Source: Candidatus Peribacteria bacterium
Lineage (GTDB): Bacteria; Patescibacteriota; Gracilibacteria; Peribacterales; Peribacteraceae
Direction: 5' to 3'
NCBI GenBank assembly: GCA_028286915.1
Contig: JAQBQQ010000006.1
Coordinates: 9,595 to 73,594, forward strand
DNA length: 64,000 bases
This document shows, piece by piece, positions 37,065 to 46,479 of the stretch. The position numbers were made by a program, and so were the translations under genes. Within the stretch, counting starts at the first letter, position 1; each line of letters starts with the position of its first letter. The notes under the pieces were generated by a model. The model worked only from the letters and a program-made list of their open reading frames with translations. It had not been told where the DNA came from and did not search any database.

Positions 37065-37436
37065 CTATGCCGTAGCGTGCACCGGGTTCTTGGCACTTAG
37101 GAAACCGATGAGTAAAGTGACAGCAGCAATAACCAGATGCAGATAATTATCAGCCAGATTTGCATTCAAAAGACTACCCAGCAAATCAGGCGTTACAAAA
37201 CCGAGTACCGTCACAAGGGCATAGACCAACCCGAAGATTATAAGATACAGACGGGAGTTTTTATACCCGCTGGATGCGGCACCAAGGGCGACAGCGCCGC
37301 TTAAAAGATGAACAATATTGTGTACGGCATTAACACTGAAAAGACCCAAAATAGGATTATTAATAAAACCCAGAATACCGATGGCAATAAAAACGACACC
37401 AAAGAGCCAGGTGACAGGCTTCACGAGCTGGTCCAT
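37065..37436 (-). CDS. DUF4383 membrane protein
   Basis: GILGF....LGLF.VN.VHN.VHL.SG, N.ADN.LHL. Confidence 0.85.
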   Translation of the reverse strand: MDQLVKPVTWLFGVVFIAIGILGFINNPILGLFSVNAVHNIVHLLSGAVALGAASSGYKNSRLYLIIFGLVYALVTVLGFVTPDLLGSLLNANLADNYLHLVIAAVTLLIGFLSAKNPVHATA

Positions 37437-37595
37437 AGAATGAAGGAAGGAAAAAATAAAGTAATAGTAAGTATACCAGCTCTTACTTCTGATGCACGCC
37501 ACTCTGAAAATTCTGCAAGGAAATAGAGACAGCAACCGGCAGTCTGCTATGCTCGCGTTATAGGTACTGATACAAAAAACCGCCGGCAACGAAAT

Positions 37596-38327
37596 TTGTT
37601 TAACCCGTCTGCTACACTGCCGTATCGGCTCAGCAGAAGTAAATTGGAATATTTTCTGTCATGTCCGCGTTGCTTTTATATGGATAGACGGCTGGGGATT
37701 GAGCGGCCGGAAGGACCTCCGTTTACGCTCAATAATACGGTGGACCTGCTGATGAAACGAGAGTTTGATATTGCGCGCCGCGAACAAAAGGCAACTATTC
37801 TCATGCAGCAGTACAGTATTGACGCCGTTCCTCTGGAGCATCCGGATTTGGCAGACTGGCGCGACCCGTGGAAAGGCATTACGGCATTGCATGAACCGAC
37901 TCAATTTATATTTTTCGGTGCAGTGGACGACGTTTGGGTGAATACCGATGGCGAATTACTGATTGTGGATTACAAGGCAACCAGCTCGCAGGAGGAGGTA
38001 TCGCTGCGCCATGCCTGGAAAGACAGCTATAAGCGCCAAATAGAAATGTATCAGTGGCTCTTCCGTCATAATGGCTTTGTCGTCTCCGATATGGCCTATT
38101 TTGTCTATGTAAATGCCGATAAAGGCCGCGAATCATTTGATGGAAGACTGGAATTTACCACGCGCATTTTGCCCTATAAAGGTAATGACGACTGGGTGGA
38201 TGATGCCCTGGCGGAAGCAAAAATCTGCCTGTTCAAAGAGACATTGCCCCAGGCAGCCGCCAATTGTGAGTGGTGTGCGTACAGAAAAGAAGCAGCCACC
38301 ATTGAAGTTCCAAATTCCAAGCTCTAA
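37596..38327 (+). CDS. PD-(D/E)XK nuclease (RecB/Cas4-like)
   Basis: LSRSK...F..CPRCFY, G.VDD, IVDYKAT, Q.E.Y, C-terminal CEWC. Confidence 0.85.
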   Translation: MFNPSATLPYRLSRSKLEYFLSCPRCFYMDRRLGIERPEGPPFTLNNTVDLLMKREFDIARREQKATILMQQYSIDAVPLEHPDLADWRDPWKGITALHEPTQFIFFGAVDDVWVNTDGELLIVDYKATSSQEEVSLRHAWKDSYKRQIEMYQWLFRHNGFVVSDMAYFVYVNADKGRESFDGRLEFTTRILPYKGNDDWVDDALAEAKICLFKETLPQAAANCEWCAYRKEAATIEVPNSKL

Positions 38328-38372
38328 ATTCCAAACCAACATATGTTTGCAAAATGGAGTTTGGAATTTAAG
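38305..38372. repeat. Inverted heptamer repeat array
   Basis: AAGTTCC AAATTCC AAGCTCT AAATTCC ... ATGGAGT TTGGAAT TT. Confidence 0.7.
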
Positions 38373-38470
38373 AGGATATCGTCATAATTCTTATCCTAAG
38401 GGTTCTCCGGCAAATTTCCGCAAAACGGGTCTGGCCAAAGTGTTATTTCTGCATATACTGCCTGCACCAC

Positions 38471-38564
38471 GGAGAGGTGCCTGAGTGGCCGAAAGGGCCG
38501 CACTGCTAATGCGGTATACGGGATTAAACCCGTATCGGGGGTTCGAATCCCCCCCTCTCCGCCA
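38471..38564 (+). tRNA. tRNA-Ser(GCT)
   Basis: CCGCA-CT-GCT-AA-TGCGG anticodon arm, long variable arm, GTTCGAATCC, CCA. Confidence 0.96.
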
Positions 38565-38567
38565 TCC

Positions 38568-38607
38568 GTCTTCGTCCGCCGTGGCGGACTGCGGCCGGCA
38601 GGCCAGC
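38568..38607 (+). repeat. REP-like hairpin element, copy C
   Basis: GTC-TTC-GTCCGC-CGTG-GCGGAC-TGC-GGC-CGGCAGGCCAGC. Confidence 0.75.
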
Positions 38608-38738
38608 TATAATAGCGGCTTACATTCAGCCGTATCAGACAAATAGCTTCGGCTGGCAGATATTTTCACGTATCTGCACTATAAGCGATATCTGTAAAAT
38701 CCCACGACTCGGCCGCCGTCTCATGCTTTACTGTCCGT

Positions 38739-39683
38739 ATGTCGACACTTCGTCATGTTCCGGTTTTTCATGCGTTTGGGCACCGGCAAGGTGAAGATAG
38801 CCTGATGATGCAACTTTTGGCCCCAAAAAACGATGATATCGTCATTGATTGCACCCTGGGTCTGGCCGGCCACGCCAAAGCTTTTCTGGAAAAAACTGCT
38901 CCGGCAGGGCACCTGTACGGCCTGGATGCCGATGCCGATAACATTGCTCTCGCCAACGAAAATCTATCGGACTTTCAAAGCAGATGTACACTGATTCATT
39001 CCAATTTTCGCCATCTGCCCGAACTGCATTTGCCACCGGCAAATATTATCTTTGCGGATCTCGGTCTTAGCTCCGCGCATGTGGATGACCCGGAAAGGGG
39101 ATTCAGCTTCCGGACAGAAGGCCCGCTAGATTTACGGTTTGACCGTTCCACTGGCATAACAGCGGCGGAATACATTGCCCAAACCAATGAAAGTGACCTG
39201 AAATATATGTTCCGGCGTTTTGGCGAGCTGAAAGAAGCCAACCGAATTGCTCATGCGCTTTTTGCCGCCGCGCGACATGAAGTATTACGTACTACGACGG
39301 ATCTTGTGCGGGTATGCGATGAAACATTCGGTTACAGGGCTCCTGCGCTGTTGCCGCAGATTTTTCAGGCTTTACGCATGCAGGTGAATGATGAGCTGGG
39401 TGCGCTGGAAAAGCTCCTGGCTACCGCTCCGTATATGCTCAAGCCCGGCGGCAGATTCGGCATTATCACTTTTCATTCTCTGGAGGACCGGCTGGTTAAG
39501 CGTACTTTTAAAAATCTGGCGCAGCCTGAAATAGATGAAATAACCGGACAAATTCGTACGGCTGCACCATTTGATTTGCTGACAAGAAAGCCACTCACGC
39601 CAACTGCCGGAGAAATCAGCCTAAACCCGCGCGCCAGAAGCGCACACTTCCGCGCCATTATCCGCACAGAACAGACGGCATGA
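38739..39683 (+). CDS. rsmH: 16S rRNA m4C1402 methyltransferase
   Basis: HVPV, DCTLG.AGH, DLGLSS, RGFSF...GPLD.R, FQALR..VN.EL, FHSLEDR, NPRARSA. Confidence 0.95.
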   Translation: MSTLRHVPVFHAFGHRQGEDSLMMQLLAPKNDDIVIDCTLGLAGHAKAFLEKTAPAGHLYGLDADADNIALANENLSDFQSRCTLIHSNFRHLPELHLPPANIIFADLGLSSAHVDDPERGFSFRTEGPLDLRFDRSTGITAAEYIAQTNESDLKYMFRRFGELKEANRIAHALFAAARHEVLRTTTDLVRVCDETFGYRAPALLPQIFQALRMQVNDELGALEKLLATAPYMLKPGGRFGIITFHSLEDRLVKRTFKNLAQPEIDEITGQIRTAAPFDLLTRKPLTPTAGEISLNPRARSAHFRAIIRTEQTA

Positions 39684-39725
39684 GTCAATCGTGAGATGCG
39701 AGCAATCTGCTACAATGCATCCGCT

Positions 39726-40103
39726 GTGTTTTCATTTTTGAAAGAATCATCGGCTGTGCCCCGGCGGCTGTCACTCGGCCGCATGGTAAACCAAAGTACC
39801 GTGCTTCTTATGGTCAGCATCGGTTCACTTATTCTTATTCTGGCGCTTCTTATTCTTTTTCACGAGAATGCCAATGCCACTAAGGGCTACGACTTGCGCA
39901 AATTGGAATCCGACCGCTCGGCCTATTTCCTGGAGCAGGAGGTCTTAAATATGCAGATTGCCGAAGCGCAGGCGCTGGAAAAACTGCGGACGGACTCTCA
40001 AATCGGTACTATGATACCGGTCAAAAATCCCCGTTTCGTGCCATCAGCCGCCCAGATAATTACTCCAAAAAAATCTGACCCGGTTGCTAAAAACAACTAT
40101 TAG
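39726..40103 (+). CDS. FtsL-like bitopic coiled-coil protein
   Basis: Directly after rsmH; single TM, then KGY.L..LE coiled coil. Confidence 0.65.
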   Translation: MFSFLKESSAVPRRLSLGRMVNQSTVLLMVSIGSLILILALLILFHENANATKGYDLRKLESDRSAYFLEQEVLNMQIAEAQALEKLRTDSQIGTMIPVKNPRFVPSAAQIITPKKSDPVAKNNY

Positions 40104-40286
40104 CCATATATAAGCCAATAGGACTGGATTGTAAATTTTAAACTTTCTGCATACGACAGGCAGAGGCACGGGGGTTTCTACCTCAAAAAAATTATTCCGT
40201 ATTCACGGCCTCTCGAATATATGAGACTGGCGCCGGACAGCTTTTTTTGCTATACTAATAGGATTTATTTTTTCACATACATACCA

Positions 40287-40409
40287 ATGTCTTTCTATCA
40301 GCTCCTTCCCTACGCCATGTTCGTAGACGCCGTTGCCATCGGCTACATTCTCCAGACCGTCTGGTCACGCAGCCGCACCCGTCCTTTGAATATGGAAGTT
40401 CCGGAATAA
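40287..40409 (+). CDS. 40-aa hydrophobic microprotein
   Basis: MSFYQLLPYAMFVDAVAIGYILQTVW...; TATACT upstream, terminator downstream. Confidence 0.5.
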   Translation: MSFYQLLPYAMFVDAVAIGYILQTVWSRSRTRPLNMEVPE

Positions 40410-40434
40410 AATCCGGCAGTACATGACGCTTTAT

Positions 40435-40468
40435 AAAAAAAACCGGAGCATAATGCTCCGGTTTTTTT
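40435..40468. terminator. Bidirectional terminator
   Basis: A8-CCGGAGCA-TAA-TGCTCCGG-T7. Confidence 0.85.
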
Positions 40469-40479
40469 GTCATAACGTA

Positions 40480-41487
40480 TTATCGATTACGTGCAGATTC
40501 GTGTCTGTTGTCACAGTAATCAAGATAGTTCTGACGGGTATAGCTATTGTAATACGTACATGTGGAATCCGATGAGCTGCTGCTATTGCCGTAGTAGTCC
40601 ACGCGCGTTGTTTCCGTATCAGATGTATTATCTGTTTCGGCACGGAATACAAGACTGGAGTTACTGCTTAAGTTAGTGCGGGTACGGACACGGAGTGTGA
40701 GTGTATGGATATCATTCGGATACAACCGAAGATTGGTCCACTCGACGTTATTGGAACTCAGACGGGTGCCATTTTCGGTAGCCGATACAAATGTCGTGTT
40801 GCTGTCCAGGTAGCCGCGCACATTTACCGTCGTAGTGTACGACGAGTTATTCCGGACATCGATTGTATAGGTAAGTGCGTCATCGGAACGGACAGGGTCA
40901 CGGTCATCGTTAATAGACAATGTGACGTTGTTATCGATACTGCAGTTGCTACAGTTACTGCTGCCACTGATTACCTTGATCGTCTTCGCCGCACTGTCGC
41001 TATCGGTCTGCACTCGCAAGCGCAACGTGTCGCCGCTGCGGACACCGGAGCTAATGCGGACACGCAAAGTAATTGTCTGCGTTGTACCCTGGTAGACATA
41101 AAAACTGCGCCAGTCCACCTGGTCACTACTGTCGTCCCCGTTGCTGGAAGCGGAGACAAAGGTCATGTTTGGATCCAATAAGGCGTTCACATTTGTTGTG
41201 ATGTCAGAATTTCCCCGGTTTCGTAGCTTGATGGTAAAATTTACCGTATCTCCCGCACGGACATTGCTGTAATCGCTGGTAACCGTAGTAGTAATATCCT
41301 GATAGCTGGAAGAGGATATGCGGCTACTGGACGAATTTGAACCGGACGTCGTATTACGGCATACCGTGTCATAGCACATGCCGTTCTGGTAAAAATTGCA
41401 GGAACAGACCTGAATAGCTTCTGCTGCCGGAATAAGCAGCAAAACTGCTGCCACCAGCCCGAAAAATAGAAAAAAAGGTTTTTGCAT
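40480..41487 (-). CDS. Secreted DUF11 repeat protein, Ser/Thr/Cys-rich
   Basis: Two G.T...TI...N....L....TFVSA......V.W repeats. Confidence 0.8.
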   Translation of the reverse strand: MQKPFFLFFGLVAAVLLLIPAAEAIQVCSCNFYQNGMCYDTVCRNTTSGSNSSSSRISSSSYQDITTTVTSDYSNVRAGDTVNFTIKLRNRGNSDITTNVNALLDPNMTFVSASSNGDDSSDQVDWRSFYVYQGTTQTITLRVRISSGVRSGDTLRLRVQTDSDSAAKTIKVISGSSNCSNCSIDNNVTLSINDDRDPVRSDDALTYTIDVRNNSSYTTTVNVRGYLDSNTTFVSATENGTRLSSNNVEWTNLRLYPNDIHTLTLRVRTRTNLSSNSSLVFRAETDNTSDTETTRVDYYGNSSSSSDSTCTYYNSYTRQNYLDYCDNRHESARNR

Positions 41488-41659
41488 AGGGAATAAGGCT
41501 ATTTCTAATTATTTGAGCCGTCAAGAGTCAAATTGACGAATATCTGTATTTATTTATGATAATCATTTGGCTATTTTTCTGCACGCACAAGACACATCAT
41601 ACTTCAAAGGCGGCCTGCGTCATTCGATTTGCGGGCATTTATTGCTCTATCGTAAAGCA

Positions 41660-42211
41660 GTGTCTCATCTGCCATATTTTTATAGCACCACAAAGACCGG
41701 CAAAAGGTTCTTTCGACGCAGGGCGTTCACACTCATAGAACTGCTGATTGTCGTTGCTATTATTGCCGTATTGGCCGCTATTGTCTTCTTTAGCGTAGGT
41801 GGCAATATCAAAAAAACTAAATTTGTGCGGGCAAAAGCAGAGTTAGCCCAAATATCTCAGGCTTTGAATCAATATATTATAGAAAATAAAGGCGCTCTTC
41901 CGCCTGATGCCGACCGTTCCGTACCACCGGGTATTGAATCCTATCTCGGACCGGGAATATGGCCGAACGGACCGTGGGAAGGAAGCGTATATGACTGGGA
42001 TGTATATCCGGATCGGATAAGCGGACCAAATTATCAGGTTTCCATTCGTTTCTGTCCGCTGGGAAAACCAGCCGACTGCCATTTCCCGGATGAACCCTGG
42101 GCCGCCAACTTCGATTATTACAGCAGCGTCTATTTCTGTGTACAGGGAAATTGCAAAGCTCATCCGGATCAGCCACAAGACCATGCTGGCTACTGTATTA
42201 ATTGTCAGTAA
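41660..42211 (+). CDS. Type IV pilin / T2SS pseudopilin-like protein
   Basis: AFTLIELLIVVAIIAVLAAI prepilin motif; Cys-rich C-terminus; GTG start inferred. Confidence 0.88.
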   Translation: MSHLPYFYSTTKTGKRFFRRRAFTLIELLIVVAIIAVLAAIVFFSVGGNIKKTKFVRAKAELAQISQALNQYIIENKGALPPDADRSVPPGIESYLGPGIWPNGPWEGSVYDWDVYPDRISGPNYQVSIRFCPLGKPADCHFPDEPWAANFDYYSSVYFCVQGNCKAHPDQPQDHAGYCINCQ

Positions 42212-43177
42212 TCAGGTCTTGAAACGGATAGGAATATGGCGCTCCTGCCCGCGTTTGCCCGGTGCCAGATATTCAAAAATTTCTACCGTGCCCTGTTTCC
42301 CCTTGGCTGCCGTATAAGGTATGGGCAATGAAATGGTTCCGTAGTTTCCTTTTTTGGGAAGCGGCACAAAGAAATCCTGCAACGCCAGTTCCGTACCATC
42401 GGCATCCAGAATACGCACCCGTACAGGATTATCGTAAATTCGTGCCCGGCCGGTAAGGGTAAAGGGATTTGCAATTGCTTCGCCTTCAACCGGGTTCTGA
42501 ATATATAGAACAAGATCCTGTGCCTCCAATGCCGCATCGGTCATCGTGTCTTCCTCATACACTTTACCATCCGGTGTCTGACATATGCGCGGGCTGCCAT
42601 CGTTTACGTAATAGCCTGCCGCCGCACACTCTTCAAAGGTATCCAATTCGGGCGTTTTCACTTTTGTCGCCACAACAGCCGCCTTATTTCCAAAAAAATA
42701 ACGAACGCCCAGGTAACCGCCGGTGGAAATACCACCGATCAGAATCATAGCTCCGCCTGTCATGAGTAATGTCCTGAACAATGCCGGTAAACCTTCGTCA
42801 TTTTTGAGCTGAAAAAAAGAACCCGATGCAGTCGCCTTAACTGGTGATGCATCTGCAACTGACGGTGCCACCCATTGCGGTACAGATGCAGGAGAGAACG
42901 AAGGCGGATTGGCATGGAGAGTGTCTTGTGCCGGCGGCAATGTATGTAATTCCTTATGAGAATAGGTTGTTAAACCGCCTTTTTGTGCCGGGAAAAAATC
43001 CGGTGACGGGCTGCGAGAAGCAGCCGGTTTATTTTCTGCAGGCGTAGAAATCGATTTGGTGCCCGCTTTCTTTTTTTCTTTGCCGGCAGTTTTCTTGACG
43101 GCAGAAGATTTTTTTACAACCGGCTTCTTGGGTGCCGTAATTTTTTTCGGAGTAGTGCTTTGCAATTTCTTAGGCAT
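42212..43177 (-). CDS. Gmad2 Ig-like domain membrane protein with Lys/Pro-rich N-terminus
   Basis: TFEECAAAGY.V....PR.C.TPDG module shared with 14418; G.AR, G.VEIFE. Confidence 0.75.
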   Translation of the reverse strand: MPKKLQSTTPKKITAPKKPVVKKSSAVKKTAGKEKKKAGTKSISTPAENKPAASRSPSPDFFPAQKGGLTTYSHKELHTLPPAQDTLHANPPSFSPASVPQWVAPSVADASPVKATASGSFFQLKNDEGLPALFRTLLMTGGAMILIGGISTGGYLGVRYFFGNKAAVVATKVKTPELDTFEECAAAGYYVNDGSPRICQTPDGKVYEEDTMTDAALEAQDLVLYIQNPVEGEAIANPFTLTGRARIYDNPVRVRILDADGTELALQDFFVPLPKKGNYGTISLPIPYTAAKGKQGTVEIFEYLAPGKRGQERHIPIRFKT

Positions 43178-43346
43178 AGTAAAATACTACCAGTTAGCGC
43201 TAATAGAAGTACTTCCCGACAAACAGAGGTGTGGTGAAATGGAAGAACATTGCCATGCAGACAAAGTTGGAAAATTTTGCATGAAAAGCAGTCCTCATTG
43301 CTCCATTACATTCAGAAGCAGACTTTCATTCCATGCCTACAACGTA

Positions 43347-43904
43347 TTAGTTTTTAAGTAATTTTAACACCGTATTCCAGTTCCGGGTTGTTACATTTTT
43401 TCCGTATGATTTCTCCAGTATCTTCATGGCATCGGTGGATTGTACTGTCGGCTCTAAAACCAGAACACTGCACACTTCCGTATTGGACGCCCGTAGAATG
43501 GTAAAATTTCCGGCAGGGGATTTATATGGCAGCTTGACCGTTGCGGTAACAGCCTCAGCTAAAAACGTAACATACAGCTGCGTATCATCAGTCATTGGTA
43601 TGTTGCCAAAAGGATCGGCATCTATAAGTTTTTGCATGTCCCAAACGGATCGAATAATAACATTCGAATGAAACCCGAACGATTGCTCGATAATTTTTTC
43701 GATCTTCTCGGCTACGTGCGGAGTCTTGTCTTCCGGCGCATCAAACAAGATATTTCCGCTGTTCAGCAAAGTCTGTACATTCTTAAAACCTGCTTTCTCC
43801 AGAGCCTTCGTCAGTTCTGCCATGCTCACTTTTTTATGGCCGCCTACGTTAATGCCCCTAAGAAATGCAACATAGCGAATGGAATGGGCATCGGAAGGCT
43901 TCAT
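43347..43904 (-). CDS. DUF1697 family protein
   Basis: YVAFLRGINVGG, V.T.L.SGN, TTRNWNTV.KL. Confidence 0.92.
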   Translation of the reverse strand: MKPSDAHSIRYVAFLRGINVGGHKKVSMAELTKALEKAGFKNVQTLLNSGNILFDAPEDKTPHVAEKIEKIIEQSFGFHSNVIIRSVWDMQKLIDADPFGNIPMTDDTQLYVTFLAEAVTATVKLPYKSPAGNFTILRASNTEVCSVLVLEPTVQSTDAMKILEKSYGKNVTTRNWNTVLKLLKN

Positions 43905-43998
43905 GACTCATAGCCTAGTATAAATCTTCTCAAACACCCACTCGAAAAAAGTGAAATTTTTGATGAACAAACAACATGAGTCTGCTAATATGGACTAT

Positions 43999-44634
43999 AT
44001 GAAAATCACTAAGCTCGGACATTGTTGCATGCTTATCGAAGAAAATGGCGTACGAATACTCACGGATCCCGGCGCGTGGACAACCACGCAGCTGGACGTA
44101 CGCAATCTGGATATAATTCTTATTACGCACGAACACGCGGATCATTTTCATCTGGATTCACTCAAAAAAATTCTGGAGCACAATACAAATGCCATCGTGG
44201 TGACCAACAAGAGCACCGGCGCGCTGCTGGATAAAGAGGGGATTTCTTATCAGGGCGTGGATGATGGAACAATGGAAATAATACAGGGAATTGCAATCAG
44301 CGGACACGGCACGAAACACGCCGTTATTTACCCCGCACTTCCGAACATGGAAAATACGGGTTTCTTTATTGCCAACAAGTTTTTCTTTCCCGGTGATTCA
44401 TTTGTCATGCCGCCATTGCCGGTGGATATTCTGGCACTGCCCATTGCCGGACCATGGATGAAACTATCCGAAGCTATTGATTACCTGAAAGAAGTAAACC
44501 CCCGCATCTCATTCCCGGTTCATGATGGCATGATTCAGCCGGTGGACTGGCTGCATGCAAGTATTGAGCACATTTCCAAAAGTCTCGGCCTGAATTTTCA
44601 AGCGGTAAAAGTTGGGGAGGAAAACGAGTGGTAA
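43999..44634 (+). CDS. MBL-fold metallo-hydrolase
   Basis: GHCC, TDPG, THEHADH, PGDS, PVHD. Confidence 0.9.
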   Translation: MKITKLGHCCMLIEENGVRILTDPGAWTTTQLDVRNLDIILITHEHADHFHLDSLKKILEHNTNAIVVTNKSTGALLDKEGISYQGVDDGTMEIIQGIAISGHGTKHAVIYPALPNMENTGFFIANKFFFPGDSFVMPPLPVDILALPIAGPWMKLSEAIDYLKEVNPRISFPVHDGMIQPVDWLHASIEHISKSLGLNFQAVKVGEENEW

Positions 44635-44640
44635 ATCCAA

Positions 44641-44850
44641 TCAATCACCTGCATTCCATTGTCTCTGAAATTCATCTGAAGGTGTCCACACTCTCTGGTT
44701 TCTTATTTTTCCATCCGGTGACTGGGTAATGACTCGCCAGACGTCTTCTCGTACCTGTTCTTTGGAGACGACTATAAAAGCAGGGCAATGTATTTTTAAT
44801 GGAGGTGGTTCTTCTGGGGACTTTTTCCTGAAAAAAGAAAGGATGTTCAT
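44641..44850 (-). CDS. Hypothetical protein
   Basis: 69-aa ORF in AT-rich islet. Confidence 0.5.
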   Translation of the reverse strand: MNILSFFRKKSPEEPPPLKIHCPAFIVVSKEQVREDVWRVITQSPDGKIRNQRVWTPSDEFQRQWNAGD

Positions 44851-44913
44851 AATGGAATGGTATTCTTTATGAGAGATTATAAAGATCTAAGATTAGATAA
44901 AGTCCACCTGCGG

Positions 44914-45597
44914 CTATTGCAAAACAAAAGCTGCATCACTTACATCACTGGCTAACAAGGGAAGGATGAAGGGATGAGCATAATCAGGCTGGCCTTTGCT
45001 TCCATCGGGGATAAGAATATTTTCGCCATCGAACGTATCAAATTCATCAGTTAAAATATCAACCGGATCTTCAATGCCATTGCTTGGTGTTTTGTTTCTT
45101 ATAAGGAGAAGCACTCTATATTCGCCAGGACCAGGCGATTGTTCTGTTGTATCAAGACCTCCATTATGCTGAAGTTTTTCTGGCCTCCAAACATATGATG
45201 CTTTTGATATATCGGTTACACCACCAATATAACCTTCCACTATTCCATCAGTCCTTAGCAAATATAGCTCTATAAGCATATTTTTCGATATTTTCTTTTT
45301 TAGCGAATTACTGATTTTATAACGAATAGTAATATTAGAACTCATGGTAAATTTCTCTCCGCCATTAGGAGCAACAATAGAAATATCAGGCGATTGTATG
45401 TTGGGAATACTTGGCTTTGGCAATTGTTCACTTATTAATGATGACGCTTCTTCACTCGAAGAAGCTGATGAAAATGTATCAACTGATGCACCCGGGCTTG
45501 CTGTATCCGCGGTATGGGATACATCTTCCGGTGCTACGCATGAAGTTAAAAAAAGCAAAGAACCTATACTAATACTAATTGATAAAAATTTAATCAT
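44914..45597 (-). CDS. Hypothetical lipoprotein with Ig-like (PNGGE) domain
   Basis: Lipobox LTSC; I..PNGGE...SD..F; low GC. Confidence 0.7.
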   Translation of the reverse strand: MIKFLSISISIGSLLFLTSCVAPEDVSHTADTASPGASVDTFSSASSSEEASSLISEQLPKPSIPNIQSPDISIVAPNGGEKFTMSSNITIRYKISNSLKKKISKNMLIELYLLRTDGIVEGYIGGVTDISKASYVWRPEKLQHNGGLDTTEQSPGPGEYRVLLLIRNKTPSNGIEDPVDILTDEFDTFDGENILIPDGSKGQPDYAHPFILPLLASDVSDAAFVLQ

Positions 45598-45641
45598 CAG
45601 AACATCTTTGGAAGTAAAACAAGTACTATATGTGAGCTGAA

Positions 45642-45718
45642 TGGTACCCCGGACAGGAGTCGAACCTGTGACCTCGACCTTAGAAGGGTCTTGCTCTATC
45701 CAACTGAGCTACCGGGGC
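45642..45718 (-). tRNA. tRNA-Arg(TCT)
   Basis: GCCCCGGTAGCTCAGTTGGATAGAGC, GACC-CT-TCT-AA-GGTC, GTTCGACTCC, CCA. Confidence 0.95.
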
Positions 45719-45742
45719 ATAACGATGATACTCATGATTTCC

Positions 45743-45796
45743 CCAACTGCTTGCCGGTCGTAATCCGCAGGGCGGACGAAGGCTGGAGCTACCGGG
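45743..45796 (-). repeat. Duplicated tRNA-Arg 5' fragment interrupted by REP-like copy D
   Basis: Plus strand CCAACTG-[37 nt element]-AGCTACCGGG versus uninterrupted CCAACTGAGCTACCGGG at 45700-45716. Confidence 0.7.
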
Positions 45797-45803
45797 ACGT
45801 ACG

Positions 45804-45838
45804 TGAATTATGAAGGATGAATGCTGAATTATGAAGGG
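45804..45838. repeat. Heptamer tandem repeat (5 units)
   Basis: TGAATTA TGAAGGA TGAATGC TGAATTA TGAAGGG. Confidence 0.7.
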
Positions 45839-45963
45839 GAACATTTACTGCTCCCACAGAGCAATACATAAAACGCAAAATATCAATATGTATGTAGCAT
45901 CATATATTTTGCATAAAGCAGCCGGATTGCCTAAAATGACTGTTTCATGCTATAATACTACTA

Positions 45964-46479
45964 ATGGAACCAATACAAACACCAGTTCAGCATCCGCATG
46001 AAGATGTGCAGCAAAACCGTGATTTGGCGGCACTTAGTTATGTGTGGATATTTTCGGTCATACTTTTTTTCCTTCGCCGCGAATCGCCGTTTATTCATTT
46101 TCACAGCAAGCAAGGCATCATTCTATTTCTTCTGTCTATTCCCGTCTGGTTTATTCCGTATATTGGTCACCCGCTGGAACTAATGATTCTGGCCGGCATG
46201 GTTATTGGCTTTCTGGGCGCGGCGGAAGGTGAATGGAAAGATGTGCCGTTTATCGGGCCACTTTCCAGGGGCGAAACCAACCTGCGCGATACCTGGAAAC
46301 AAATGAGCCAATCGCTGATTCAGCTGTTTCAGAAGCTAAAGCAAGCCGCGCGTGATGACAGCCGGAAGAAAGCACTACGGTCAGCCGCACTGCAAGTTTC
46401 GCCAGAGAGCGCCTTGGCGCCGGGTAAAGATGCTTCTACCATGGCGCAGACTTCTTCACCAACCACTCCCCATGTATAA
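45964..46479 (+). CDS. DUF4870-like membrane protein
   Basis: AALSY, S.FI.FH.KQG, IPYIG, A..G.....PFIG. Confidence 0.8.
   Translation: MEPIQTPVQHPHEDVQQNRDLAALSYVWIFSVILFFLRRESPFIHFHSKQGIILFLLSIPVWFIPYIGHPLELMILAGMVIGFLGAAEGEWKDVPFIGPLSRGETNLRDTWKQMSQSLIQLFQKLKQAARDDSRKKALRSAALQVSPESALAPGKDASTMAQTSSPTTPHV

Noticed and set aside
37596-38400. Cas4-like gene plus repeats as a CRISPR locus
   Set aside because: The repeats are 7-mers without spacers, and cas1/cas2 are absent.
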